DNA of 64,000 nt from Dicyema japonicum (taxonomy: Eukaryota > Animalia > Dicyemida), in NCBI GenBank assembly GCA_011109175.1, contig RDEW01000014.1, positions 868,001 to 932,000 of the forward strand, written 5' to 3'. The notes beneath the pieces were generated by a model. The model had not been told where the DNA came from and ran no database searches. It worked only from the letters and a program-made list of their open reading frames with translations. Position numbers and translations under genes: made by a program. Numbering within the stretch: position 1 is the stretch's first letter; every line of letters starts with the position of its first letter. Shown piece by piece: positions 36,464 through 50,020 of this stretch.

Positions 36464-37069
36464 AATTATTTAAGTACAGTTTAATATATTTTATTATTTG
36501 AATATTTACTTGTAAATTAAAAAGTTTTATTTTTTAACAGATTATAACTATGAGCTTTACCACTGATTTTTCTCTCTTGGTAAGATCCTCACCAGGAAAA
36601 AATCAGAAATAAAATTGATGAGCCTTCCGTTAACAATTTGCGTGTTATGATACAAACATCTTTTAATTCTAATAATACTTTTAGCTGATAACAGTAACAA
36701 AAATTTATTTATTTCCGGTTTCGACAACGGGGGAGATCGACAACCTAAAAAAGCACTTAACAAGAAAACCTGAAAGAAGTTAGTTGACCGGATCTGTCAA
36801 CTAGCACATGAGGAATCTTAACCTAGTTATTATTTCTCAAACATTTCTTTTAATAATAATAGCTGTAGTGGTTAGTTGCTTCTGTGGTTCATGAAAGGGG
36901 CTTAATGCATTGCGACAAAAGAACCATTAGCTTTCTTCAACTAAAGGAACATTTCGCTCCTGGCCGACGAATTTATGGCCTTGGTTTCCTAGACGCTTTT
37001 TTATGACAACGCAAATCGAAGGGATCGGATCTGTAAACGGAAAATTATGGAACTTAGAGCTTTAAAAAA

Positions 37070-38030
37070 TCAAAAATGAAATACTCATTCAAGAATCGAA
37101 GTTAATGACACTACGCCCATTTTTTCTGGATTTAATATAATTCGCAATCGTATTAAAAATTATGGTGGAGTACTCCTCACATTAATCAGGGAAGGTCGTG
37201 AATACGAGGATAATTCGTCAGAAGTAAAGAAACTCCTAGAAATGTCGAAATCCGTTATTTTCAAAGGTCTTATTTCGAATGAATAATAGGGCCTGAACCA
37301 ACATGATCATGGAATCCCCCAACCACAACGAGTTGTGTAGGATCAAGGGAAAAATATCGTGACAAGCTGAGAGCATGGATCAAATCTATCAGGATCACTT
37401 AGTTTTTTCGTCTTAACGGTAGTAGGAATAAAAATTTAATTTACCATGGTCTCTTCAAGTGAAGAAAACACGCGGCTAACAAGAAAGTAACTACCAAAAG
37501 CGGACGCTCCAAGAGATCTGTCAGATGTATCTGGTGTGACGCAGAACTCGAAGGTGGACCTGGACAAAAAAATTTTCTTGTGAGTCACCTGCTTGTGGAG
37601 AAAACTGTCTAAATTTGTAGTGGACAGAGTCAACTTTTCTCTCTTACTAAGCAACTACCAAACAGTTTGCTCGGTAGTGACTACGTATCGAGCACCAAGC
37701 TACAGTTTCCAGATTTATTTAATTGGATAATTTTTGTTACTAGAGGACATACTTCAAGTAGTAATTCCTTTTTTCGCAAGAATTTTTTGATTTTACACCA
37801 ATGGGATTTTCGCTCAAGGCGAAACTGGAAAAAAGGCTGTTGCTTCTAAGAAAAACTGGAATTATATGAGTTGAATCTCAACAAAAAACCCACATGACCA
37901 ACGTCATGAATTCTTTTGTAAAAAGTAAGGAACACTCCTAGATGGTGATCTTCGCAAGTCCCTGAAGCAGGACCAGATTTATTAGTTCATTTTAAAGATT
38001 GAAGAACATTCGCTTGATATTAGAGGAAAT
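37070..38030. mobile_element. LINE debris (APE fragment plus 3' end; RT fragment on the minus strand)
   Basis: LIQESKL..YGGVL; YRDKLRAWIKSIRIT-stop at 37402. Confidence 0.55.
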
Positions 38031-38039
38031 TAACTTGGC

Positions 38040-38390
38040 TTGCGACAGGGAATATCTCCCCCAATTTGAGACTGTACTCTACTTTCTTCATGCAAAAAAA
38101 CCTTGGATAGGACGCGTACTTTGCCCGTTTTAACCTCTCAGCCTTTCAGAGGCAGAACAGGCTCCAGAGGTACTATAAAGTAGACTGCACGGGGCAAACG
38201 TTTCAGTGCTGGTGACATCCCAGGCAAGAGGTTTTCTGGCTTCAAAGAGAAGATGGTAATCCCATCTGGCCGTTTCCCGTCACGACTGGAAAAATCGACT
38301 GCTTTGAGCATGGAGCGGTGTCTGGCGGCGTACAAAGCTAACCTAACGACTTCGTTCGAGGTCATATGTCTGGTTCACAACCCACAAGAA
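38040..38390 (-). mobile_element. CRE fragment (RLE domain)
   Basis: NEVVRLAL..RDGKRPDGITIF. Confidence 0.75.
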
Positions 38391-38487
38391 AACGACTTCT
38401 CGAATCTACAGAATGAACGAACGTTAGTTTGAAGGAGTCCTTTTCCACTTGGATAAATTCAAAACATTACAGGGTTTTCCGATTTAT

Positions 38488-38666
38488 TTAATAACTTTGT
38501 CATAAAATTTAATAACTTTGTCAAAAATTTAATAACTTTGTCATAAAATTTAATAATTTTGTCAAAATATTTAATAACTGTGTCAAATGTTTAATAATTT
38601 GTCAAAATATTTAATAACTTTGTCAAAATGTTTAATAACTTTGTCAAAATACTTAATAACTTTGTA
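38488..38666 (+). repeat. About nine copies of a 20-21-nt unit TTAATAACTTTGTCAAAA(T/A)
   Basis: Directly visible; left TIR. Confidence 0.95.
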
Positions 38667-39364
38667 AAGGTCAAATTAAAAGAAACCAATTTTATAATTA
38701 ATTGAAAAAAACAACTATAAATTAAAATTCTTCATTAGCCAATGCTTTAACTAAATTGCTCCGCATATGGCTGTACAATTATTGCACACATCTGATGAAA
38801 TTTCTCCGATGTTTTGGATTGCGTTTATTAATTCATCGAGTTCTACAATTTTTCTTTTTCTATTGATTAAGTTTGAAAAAAACTCTTCAATTGGATTAAG
38901 TTGAGGAGTATAAGGAGGCAAAAAATACAATTCATACCCTGTATACGTTAAAAATCAATTGGATACCAGTTCCGAATACAATGTAAAAGGCCGTCCACAG
39001 AAATAGCAGCACAAATAGAGAAATTTTTCTCTCTTATGTTTCTAGTACATTTTTTCGAAGTAACCTTTTATAGATCTTCCAAATTTGGATCTCATCAAAC
39101 AATTGACTCCCATTTCGTCTATAAAAATAAGCCGTTGATTATCAACTTCAATTATTTTTCTGGCAGATTTTTTATCTTTCTTCATATTTATTGTAGAATT
39201 TCTCGCCATAGTACAAATTGATTTTTTTAAAACTATATCAAATGTCTCTAGCGTCCTATTTATTGTCGATTGAGAGACATTTTTTATTTTCACATCAAAT
39301 AAAGAATTTTGTAAATTCTTCAGCGTAAATGAAGCATCTTTTCAATTTTTATTAGCATCTTCTT

Positions 39365-39540
39365 AAAGTTATTAAGTATTTTGACAAAGTTATTAAACTT
39401 TGACAAAGTTATTAAATATTTTGACAAATTATTAAAATTTTGACAAAGTTATTAAACTTTATGACAAAGTTATTAAACTTTATGACAAAGTTATTAGATA
39501 TTTTGACAAAGTTATTAAATTTTATGACAAAGTTATTAAA
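39365..39540 (-). repeat. About nine inverted copies of the same unit
   Basis: Directly visible; right TIR. Confidence 0.95.
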
Positions 39541-40513
39541 TAAATCGGAAACCCTGTTATCTGCAAACTATCACACCTATCCAGGTGGAGATTCGCTCTT
39601 TCCGAGGGAAAAATCTAAAAATTCAACACGCTATATCATAGACCCTCCCGAGCACCCAAGCGTGAATACTTGTAGAACCACTACATAAAGAAGGAAAGGT
39701 TCGACACAAAGATGTGTAACCGGTTTTTTCCATGTTTGGAGTAGATATAAAATCCTCTTTGCCTTACTTCATATAAAAATTGATTGCCTCATAAATTCTG
39801 GTCCTCGATTTATTTTCGTTGCAAAGGCAAGAGAAGACGTTGGAGTGTCATAAAAGGAGGTTGGTACGGCTGATAGGAGAGACTCGGATCATCAATAGTT
39901 TGATTTTTTCTTCGTCTTTCTTTCTTGATGACCCGGGGACTATTGATTTACTTATTGATTTGCTACTGGTTAGCTGATGAGATGTTGACGTATCTCGAAC
40001 AAAATATCCTAATCACCCAAGATAGCTGTGACCTTATGTTTCACTTCTCTTATGAATGGACAAAATGTTAGACTTAAGAGACATTGGATACTCAAAGTTT
40101 CCAAACTATAATGGATAGATAGGAAGTTTGAATCTCATTTGGCACAAACTTTTGAAAATTTGGCCAAGTATACTTTTGGAAGGAACAAGGGAGTTATTAA
40201 TTCTGGAACGTTCTTAATAATAAATGTCCCCTTTTGAATTATCAACTCCATTTTCAAACACATAATAAATTGGTGACTCTCAAAAGTGTGTCGATAAGAA
40301 AAGACACCCCCAAGAGATACAAATGCTATTCTAAAAACAATGCTTAAGTAAAACCCAAATAGTAGGGTTCAAATCCCGTCCAGCAGTAACTTGGAAATGT
40401 GAGGCCCACATAATGATTCTAAATTGCCAATTCCAATTTGACATATCAGAACAGAAGTAAAGCGGCATTAAATATAATGTAAGGAAAACAAATCAGAGAA
40501 CCATAACTCACTA

Positions 40514-42482
40514 TTAACACACAAATGGAGATATATCAATCTCAAAAATAGAACAGGGCCACGTGATATCAAATTCTTTAAGAACTGAGGGTATAAGCTC
40601 TCCCAAAAACCCAATCACTTGTCCCTATTATTAAAACATTCCCTCTCTACCAGGTAGAAAGAACTTTCCATAGGACTCACTCCCAAGAGGCTCAAATTCA
40701 TAGTTCCCACAGCAAGGGAAACATGACGTTTTCCAAGTGTGTTAAACAAACGATCCAGGGACCCATGGATGTGCTCGAACGCAGAGGTCTTCTTGCAGTG
40801 CAAGGCAGCCACATGTCTATGATTTTTGGCACCCACCTCTTTTAAAAAAAACATCTTACCATCGATTCATCCTTAACCACAACATCCCAGCTCAAATATG
40901 CTTATTGGGAGAGGATGCTGTCTGTTTGATCGAAGGGACTTGAGTAACCCAGGGAACAGAAAGGTTCTTATTATCTAAAATAACCGAAAAGAACCGCCTG
41001 AAAGTCAACAGTCTTCGGATTAGCGATGTGGACACAGTTATCCACAGCCCATCCTATTTTGGCCTCAACCTCCTCTACAGAACACTAAATGCTGCGACAA
41101 GTATACCAAGGTGAAATTGGAGACCTCAATATAACCCATCATGGCCATCTCCGGTCTTATTCATCTCCGCCAAAGCATTCAGGGGTGTCTGCCTTGTTCA
41201 TAAAACAAACCTTCCAGGACACACATAGAGTCTGCGGAAAACGACGGGGAATGTTGTTATATCCGTAAGCTATGGCGTAGTCCTCGGCGAGATCATGCCA
41301 GTGGATTATATCTGGTAACCTCAACCACTACCATGTTCTCGTCGGAGGTATTGTGACCGTCAAACGATCTCCACGGACTTCACTAACCAGTCCCATCCTC
41401 TGTAAACACGACTTTATTGACTCAGGGGATTCACTGAGGTTTATCAGAGAGTTCGCTTTACTCACGGAAAGGTCCATCTCCGATGTACTATGCTCTAAAT
41501 AAATCCTGCCAAAACTGGGGTCATATCAGTCCTATCTTTGTACTCTATCCTGACTACGTGGCCACAATCGTACTTCTGTTTGGAGTAGACACTAAACGTG
41601 GTCACAATGGTGTCTAGAGCCACCACAGCCCTGTGGTAATCTGTGGCTGTCATCTCAATGAACATGTGCTTTGTTTGTGGAGTCACCTTGCTGTGCTCAC
41701 CTAAGGGTTACCATTTAATGGGAACCGTTAATTATAGGGGGAACGGAAGAACGACTCCGTTACTGGTCGTAAATGACAGGAAATCGGTCTACTCCCTTTA
41801 GGAGGGGGTATGGCTTCAGATGGGAATTCTAAGTAATCCAGTATCACAACCTCCAGGAAAGTCATCATCTCAGAACCAGTCATCTCTGTCTTCTGTTTAG
41901 AAAGGGACGAATTTGATGTCAGGGGATTTGGTTGTTTGTAAAAAAACGGAGGTTTTATCTTTTTCGAAGTCATGCGTCCCCATCGAGATCAATGAACCGG
42001 TTCCTTGGGTAATCAAGATGGGAGACCGGCGATGTTCTGGTGGAGCTTGGACTGTAGGTCCATTATGTGTCGTACACGCCCTTTCCTGAGAGGTCTAGGT
42101 CCCTGAGAAGAGCACAGACGATGAAGGGGCGACCTCCTCCACTGATTCGTTCCACCACCATGAGCCCGGAGGACGAGTCTACAGTATACCGGGGGATCTC
42201 AGAACACTCCATAAAGATGTTCAACATAAGAACAAAGTGATTCTGAGACAACAAGTCACATCTTGGATCTCAGAGGCCATTAACCTGTTCGCAGGACGTC
42301 CATTTTGTAAACAATAGCTTTGTTTCCGTCCGCATCCTCTTCCTCGTCAATTCCGTCCAGTTCTAGTCCAAAGTCGAAAAGTATCTTCTCAAAGTCATCA
42401 CCTTTTATTATGATAAAGAATCACTCAGAGGAAATTTGAGATTCTCTTTAAGGAAATCTAACTCAACCCCTAATGTTGGCAT
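40514..42482 (-). CDS. FARSB: Phenylalanyl-tRNA synthetase beta subunit, with many single-base indels
   Basis: MPTLGV, DFGLELD, DV(P)ANRCDLL, LQSKLHQNI, GTHD, FPVIYD..PPIING, IPPTR.DIIH..EDYAIAYGYNNI, HIANPKT.DFQ, VGAKNHRH, C-terminal FEIDISPFVC; about eleven introns of 20-25 nt. Confidence 0.92.
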
Positions 42483-42599
42483 TCACGTTTATTATTTAAT
42501 AAATAAGTCTATTTATGTTTTTAATTTTTTTTTAAATTTTTATTCAGGAATTAATTTAACTAAAATATTTTAAATGTCATTTCTGAATTTTCAATCTAG

Positions 42600-42705
42600 G
42601 TAACAAGCGGGCACAAAGGAAAAACACCGGACAAAGATGAGGTCGCTGTTAGAATGCATTGGGATTACGTGATAATTAGTTTGGTTATACCGTTGTCTTG
42701 GGTTG
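42600..42705 (+). mobile_element. LINE 3' stub
   Basis: KHRTKMRSLLECIGIT-stop followed by TAATTAGTTTGGTTATACCGTTGTCTTGG. Confidence 0.7.
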
Positions 42706-42829
42706 TTAAAAAAGCTAAATAATAATCATTTTGGGTGACAGATTTTTATTTGGGTGACATATCCAGCCAGACATTATCAGCTGGCCTTCTATCAAAACCA
42801 CGGGGAAAACATCAAACAATTCGATGGTG

Positions 42830-44330
42830 AAGCACGAGAACTAAATATTCCGATAACGATCTGGAAACAAAAAAAACCTTGAACAAATTAACAACAATAA
42901 CTGCTCCCTGACAACATAAATGCAGAACTTCTCAATTATTCACCGACCGAGATCTCTGAGCTATTAACTGAGATATACAACAAAACATTCAAATACAACT
43001 CACCCTGGATGTGGGTAATGGCACAATAATTGCACTACAAAAACCAGGCAAAGCTAAGGCCCCTTAACGAATTTAAGATCCATCGTACTATTGACGACTC
43101 TACGCAAGACACTATCACTTATACAGTTAAATATGATTGGACCTGACATTGAGAACTTTCTCTCTCATGGACAAAGCAGATTCAGGTAAGGGAGATCTAC
43201 AGCTGATGTGGTCTACGGACATCGATGGTTATATGCAAAACACCAAAATTACAAACGGGCTGCTGGCATCCTTGGCATGAACATCCCCAAAGCTTTTGAC
43301 TCTATACACAGAGGGAGACTTTTCGATATTTTGGAGAATTTGGTTGACGAAGACAGTGTCAAAATGATCCGTCTATTACTTGGAACAACATGGTTAAGTG
43401 TACATTTTGGAAATTTGGAGTCGATCCCATTCGAGACAACTTTCGGGTACCTCATGGAGATTCCTTGTTATCGGTACTTTTTGTGACATATCTGGAGGCG
43501 GCACTCAGAGACTTCAGACTATTAATTGGCGATTACCTCAAACTGAAGTGATTTATGCAGATGATGATATCGACTATATATCCAGCGACAAGAAAGCATT
43601 AAACTATATACGGACAAGGATGCCAGATGTGCTAGAAAAATGGTTCATCAAAATCAATACGGAAAAGACGGAGACAACAACCATACGCCGTGAATTAACC
43701 CAAACTGATGAAAAAAGGAGACATTGTAAAAAATTGGGGTCGTTGCTCGGAGACCCTGAGGATATCACTAACAAGAAGATTGGCCTTTTAGAAAAATGAA
43801 AGTAGTCTGGAATCATCGTAAACAAATCAGCACACAAGTACGCGTAAGACTATACAATGCCTTCGTAAAACTAGTCCTAATGCACAACGCTGCAACCTGG
43901 GGAGTCTCAAGCGGTAATGGACAAACTAGATGCCTTCCATCGTAAACAACTCCGACTGTTGCTTGGCATCAACCGCCGAGAGAAAATAACAAACAAGAAT
44001 CTATACAAAATATGTAATGCAAGACCATTGAGTCTGGATATCCTGAATCAAAATGGCGTCTATTTGGTCACATCCTTCGGATGAGCCAGATGACGACTGC
44101 TAAAAAAGCAATGGAGAACTATTTCTGCCCAGAAGTGAATACCTCGTTCAGTGGAAGACCTCGCATAACTTTGCCAGAGGTTCTACACAAAGACCTGCCC
44201 AATGTAGACGAAAGTTGAAAACAGAAGACGATTTGGATACGCTCGAATAATTGCCAGTAACCGAGCTTGGAGGAAGCTAGTAAGAGAATTGTGGAGAAAG
44301 AATAACCTGAAGAAAAATACGGCACAAAGG
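42830..44330 (+). mobile_element. RTE-clade LINE RT to 3' end, degenerate
   Basis: IPKAFDSIHRG, IYADD, KKLGSLLG, LDAFHRKQLR; same family as 23232-25690. Confidence 0.85.
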
Positions 44331-44399
44331 AACCTTAATTAAATAAATTACTTTTTGGTTCTTCGAAAGTGTTATTAATAATAATATTTTTACTTGATC

Positions 44400-44530
44400 G
44401 CACAATGGTGATATTTATCATATTTATAAGGGACAATGTGGCAGTTGGCTCAGTCCTTATAGCTGACCGTTGGCAGGGATGTTCGACAAACAGTCTTCAA
44501 GATATGGGTTCTAATTAGTTGTCTGTGGAA
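44400..44530 (+). mobile_element. Possible Merlin/ISXO2-like transposase fragment
   Basis: IRDNVAVGSVLIADRWQG resembles the I..NV.PGS.I.TD.W.AY motif. Confidence 0.35.
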
Positions 44531-45479
44531 TAATATTGGAGATATTTTTTCCACAGAATCTTTTAATATTGAAAATGATTATTCCTAAAAACGATCTTCA
44601 AAGATCGTCTGATGGTTGACATTAATCGCTTATTACAGATATAACCATCACACCATCTCTTTTGTGAACATAGATTAGACTACACCTGATAAGAAGATTC
44701 ATCTTGTAACTCGCACACATAGGATTTTGATAAATATTCTTCTCATTTAGGTCAATTTGTTTCTCATTCTAATAGGAAAAAAATAGCAAAATAAATGTTT
44801 ATTTAATTTATTCGTCGATAAAGAAATCAATAGTCTGTATCCACTTCACACGGTTGTAAAGCATAGAAAGCGAAAATGGAAGAAAGCATCCAATCCTTAT
44901 AGATGTGGGAACATTCCAATGTAATGCGAGTGAGCAAATGATTTTTTGTTTCAGATATAACAGAAAGAGGCCGAGTTAATTAACGTCTAAATAAGGTATA
45001 TCTAGTTCCACGGTTGGAATGAGAAGCATACATTAATAGTCCATATCCGCCATTTTGAGAATGTGCCTAGTCGAGTAAGGAAGAGAGATCTTTTTGGTGT
45101 TAGCCAGTTACTAGGCGTCTCTGGAGTCAGGTGGATCACATGACGCTTCCTAGGATTTATGAATGAAACTTGGGGATTGGTAGTTCATGCCTTTGGGTCA
45201 GGTGATACACCTGGGTTCCGACCATGTGTCACCTGAGTTATGTGGACCCCATAACCACATGGAATGGAATTAATCAATTGTCATTGCGTAATCAATTTGG
45301 ATATTATTGATATTTTTTATAATTCATGTTATTTCATAATTATCATAATTGAAATTAAGACTAATTAGTACTCATGCACTCCCACCCATAGGGGAGATTT
45401 GGTCAGTAGGTTGCACAAGAGGACACTCCCTTATTTACGGGGACGCACTTTCTGGGGATCTTTTGTGTACAGCACTTGT

Positions 45480-45740
45480 AAGTGTTGATACGTGTATACA
45501 ACAATATTGACCATAGCAATGATACAACGTATGAAAAGCTGAAGGGTGAGAAAATTCACATTGAAGTTGTAATTACTCCCCAAGGAATTAAACTAAACAA
45601 GTTGAGATTGAATAGTGTCATACTATGACTTTCTTGTTGGAGTGAAGATTGTTACACTGGTTATGACATTCGATGGAGTTGTCTCGAGTGCTTCAGGAAT
45701 TATATAGATAAGCCATTTATAGAGGAGGGCACATGACTCA
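45480..45740 (+). mobile_element. R4-like RLE fragment
   Basis: Similar to 20720-20980 (GATGGAGTTGTCTCGA). Confidence 0.55.
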
Positions 45741-46715
45741 CATTCAGTTACTTTGGAAAATCCCCTGAAAAATAAGGTGATTAATTCAAATATGGAATGA
45801 AAGCGTCGGATATGTGTTCATATCTGTTTAGCATCACTGGGAGTTTGTAATTTTATTTTGCATTCAATCAAAGTCACTTAAACTAATCAACCAGCACTAA
45901 AAACGATTTATTGTAAAATCATTGAAAAAATATTTAATGAACATATTGGGGGACACCTGTTACTGTTTAAAATACATTAATTTATGATTATGATATACAA
46001 ATTTACTAGATCAAAAAATTCAGTAGAATTATCCCCTTCCTGATCGGGAACGTCCGCTTTAAGCTGTTACCTATCTGATAGTCATTGGGTTCCTTAACTT
46101 GACCGAGGAGAGCGGGAAATAAATGATCTAATTTCAGACAATGTTAATAATTATCTCTTCTAAATAATCAAAACAGGTCGAAGAATGTATATCTGGCCAC
46201 GTTGTTCTCATAGAGCGTACCATAAGAGTTACCGTTCAACCTCCTTACGTGCTCCGTCTCTCCTCTTCATATCAATCCTGACTAGTCTGTGGGTTAGATA
46301 CCAAAACAAAATTTTCCCAAGTTTTGACTGCTCAACAAGCATGAGCATCTTTTCCAACACAAGTGACCGAATGTATCTCCTTATTGGCACACCAATCATC
46401 CTTAGTATAATCTTAAACTATTTGTGGATCACACCATCCCACATTAAAATAATTTAGAATTTTAAATAATCAGGCAAATGAAAATAAGCTTAAAATAGCA
46501 CTCAACTGAATTTACGACAAAATATTGTATAATTTTAGTACACAAGAATGTAAATAAAAAAATCAATTAATTAAAATTACAATTCTATAATTACTTTCGC
46601 ACAAGCAATATGTCACTTTTTTACAATAAAATGTGTCTTTAATCAAATAATAAAAATTATTTAAATAATTTAATATCACATTTCAAATCATAATTTTATA
46701 TGGATTAACTCTAGA

Positions 46716-48960
46716 ATGACTAACACATTGAAATTACTGTTTTTGTTGTCCCTTGGAGTTTCAATCAATGAGTCCGGAATTGAGTATGCCTTCCACATTG
46801 ACGCTGACATTGAGGAGGCTAAGTCCATATTGAAGGAACATTGCTTTGATTTTAAGAAACATGTGACTTTTTAGCTCATTCTAAGCTGTCTGAACTCGGA
46901 AACTACTATCTGGCAGATCTTGCATCAGACTGTCCTCATAGTGCGGAGGATCATGGGAGACTACTTAAGAGGAGTTCGAAAATTATGTGGGCTGAGCCAC
47001 AGGTTGGTAGAGCACGATCTAAACGAGATCATATCCCGCACTCTTTCCCATCTCACTCTAAAGATCTCTGGTACTTGGTTGGTCATTTGTGATTATTATA
47101 GAACAATCATAAAAGTCACAACTATGATATGCACGTGCAATCAGTTTGGAGACAAAATATAACAGGACAAGGAGTTGTTGTGGCCATACTGGATGACGGA
47201 GTTGAGAAAGATCACTCAGAATTGTCCTCAAATTACGTATTTGCCTAATTATTGAAGGATCCTCAAGCCAGCTACGACTTTGTATGTGATGATGGAGATC
47301 CCAGTCCTTTCCCAGTGATTCCATATAACAAGTAGAATGTATGAGCAATCTAGTCATGGCACAAGATGTGCTGGTGTGGTCGCGGGGGTTGGAAAGAGAT
47401 GTGGAGTCGGTATTTCTTACAATTGTGGACTTGGGGGGATTCGAGTGCTTTCAGATGTTGTTAAAGATTCGGTGGAAGCTCAGGGAATAATGTACAAAAC
47501 TGACTACATTTCTGTTTATTCTGCAAGTTGGGGACCTCTTGACAATGGAAAATCCCTCGATGGGCCTCATCTTTTAACAAAACATGCATTACAAGCAGCA
47601 ATAGCACGTGGAAGAGGAGGAAAGGGATCTATTTTTGTGTGGGCATCAGGAAATGGGGGATTTTTCGGAGATTCGTGCGCATTTGATGGATATGTTAACC
47701 AGATTTACACGTTGGTCGTTGGAAGTACGACAATCGAGGGAACCTGTCCTAATTACTTGGAGGCCTGCTCTGCCACGCTTGTCTCCACCTTCTCAGGAGG
47801 GACTAGGACTCGCATAGTAGTCGTATCCACCCATTTCTAGTCTACCACCGACCTGAATAATGGATGTACAAGCATGTTTTCCGGGACTTCAGCCTCTGCT
47901 CCAATGGTTGCAGGGATCGTCGCATTGGGACTTGAGGTACGGCCTGAACTCACGTGGAGGGACGTCCAGCATATCGCTTTGAGATCCACAGTAACAAAAT
48001 TCATCCAAGACGGGGATTGGGTGGTTAACTCTGTTGGCAGGAAATGTACTCTTTGGGGTCACTTTGTAGACAGCCATAAATATGGGTATGGACTCATTAC
48101 TGGTGCCAGATTTGTGGACATGTCCCTGAAATGGTCGGGAGTAGGGGAGATGAATATATGCATCAGGAATTTCTCAGCTAATGCAGAGTTTATTGGTTCT
48201 TTATTTTCCAGCTTCAATAGATCTGCGAGTTTCGTACTTCATTCAGATGGGTGTGAGAAAACAGCCGACCACGTGGTGTATTTGGAGAACGTACTGTTCA
48301 AAGTGACCATGAACGCGTCTAGGAGAGGGTGTCTGCAGATGACTGCCAGATCCCCTGGAAATACTAAATCAACGATAATATTCACTCGAAAATTGGACGA
48401 CGGGACGAATTTTATAGACTGGTCTATTCTGTCCGTGGCATTTTGGGGAGAGCAGGCCTCAGGGGAGTGGAGTATCAATGTGATAAACACATGTGATCAG
48501 CCCACCCACGTCGAGTCAGTCAGTTTAGTGATGCATGGAACAGTACAGAGGCCTCCGTTCTTAGAAAGTAGTTTTTTCTGTAGTTATTAGAACATGAGGA
48601 TGATGTAGCCTTTTATTTGTACCATTTAGATTGACTGCCCCGCTTTGGTGCATTTTGCGACGGAAAACCAGGTTGTGTGGAGGAATGTCCTTCCGGCTAC
48701 TGCGAGTGGCTGCATAACTGCATTTTATGTGATTCTCCTTCTAAATTGTAATAAACTAATACCAGTAAATCTGGATTGTTATGAATGTGCCTTATTTTAG
48801 GGTTTGTGGTGAATATGTGGATGGAATATTACTAGATTGTCCCGGTGTGAACTCTTCTGGGATCACTCAAATAGGTATTTTTGCTTTTTTGTTTACATTT
48901 GTTTTTGTGTCTTCAATGATTTTTGTAACTAGATATGTTGGATTTTCTTTTTTTAAATAA
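46716..48960 (+). CDS. Furin/PCSK5-like proprotein convertase
   Basis: Signal peptide, prodomain ending RARSKR, catalytic D (ILDDG), H (SHGTRCAG), N (ASGNGG), S (GTSASAP), P-domain, CVEECPSGY Cys-rich repeat, C-terminal TM; about eleven introns of 18-25 nt; one indel near 48638. Confidence 0.92.
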
Positions 48961-49029
48961 ATTGATTTTATTGTGCTTACTTACCCTCAATAACATGGTT
49001 GTCTGAAACAGATTCACGATTTTGTTTCT

Positions 49030-50020
49030 ACGAGAACCATCTGAAGACTTGGTGATAATAAAATACTATGCCGGCCCCCTTCTCCAATAAACCAATCAAA
49101 ATCCTCTTCGAATTGGAAGCAAATCACAATTTTGAATGTCCTAATTAGTACACTATCGTATACAAGGCCAAGGAACATGGAGACATCTTGGATGTGGAAG
49201 ATAGGGAGCGACGTGTAAGTCTCCAGTAAGTGAGAACAAAGTGTGATATTTAGTTCATGGTTGACTTTACTTTACAAATAAAATCAAAAAGTTCAAGAAA
49301 CTAGTTCTTTCAATATATAGGGTGTAGCTCACAATTTATTCTGGGTGCCTATATCTGTTCACTTTACTAAGAATTTAAGAAAACTCGGCAAGGTGAATTT
49401 TAAGATTAGCGACTCAGGCCATAATAATTGTATTGCTTTGATTAAATCCGCCAAGTGTGTTTTCCCTGACTATGATTCATGAACTTGTTTTGTAGATAAC
49501 TTTCCAATCACTCCAATAGATAAATAAAAATCAGTGGTCTTAACGGAGTATGTTCCATTTTCTAGTATTGATTTTCTGGTACCCCAATTGGTAGAAAAAA
49601 GACCAAAAACTCCAATTCGTTAGTCCATGACGTCAGTGAATAAAGAAATTGGATTTAAACAAATCCCTGATGAAGGAACTCGGTTTACTAAATTTATAGA
49701 ACAATCGATAATTAATAATCTAACTAATACTTCACTTGCCCAACTGTCATGTGCTACATACACATATAAGAACAAAGGATCTCATCCCTCATTAGGCAAA
49801 TAAGAGTGCATTGAAACTACGTCACTAACTAACCAATTGACTTACTAATAGTTATTTATCCCAATCCCATTAGGAGACCGGCGATCACCAAAACCAACCT
49901 ATGAATCACTCCTCATAACAAAGAAGATTTTATGTGTAATGTAAAGATGAAAAGACCCTCACTTATATCTCTAGGGGGCTTTTCCGCACCGATTCCTTCT
50001 GACGCTATGTCACTCCCGTA
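49030..50020 (-). other. Unresolved, probably coding (possibly membrane protein) region with short introns and broken frames
   Basis: Intron-like gtaagtcaattggttagttag and gtatacgatagtgtactaattag; hydrophobic segments; no clean frame. Confidence 0.25.

Larger units (their letters stand above)
38470..39556 (-). mobile_element. Tc1/IS630-type DNA transposon with ~200-bp tandem-repeat TIRs; transposase internally deleted
   Basis: Ends CAGGGTTTTCCGATTTATT and AATAAATCGGAAACCCTG; TA on the left flank; LIFIDEMG and FLPPYTPQLNPIEEFF motifs. Confidence 0.9.

Noticed and set aside
36550-36780. Gene with a 16-nt intron divergent from mucolipin
   Set aside because: No recognisable protein to anchor the splice; all candidate frames terminate early
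38488-39540. CRISPR-like arrays
   Set aside because: Repeats are contiguous with no unique spacers, there are no cas genes, the context is eukaryotic, and they form the TIRs of a transposon
39440-39688. ORF with MTKLLNF heptad repeats
   Set aside because: Translation of the 21-nt TIR repeats
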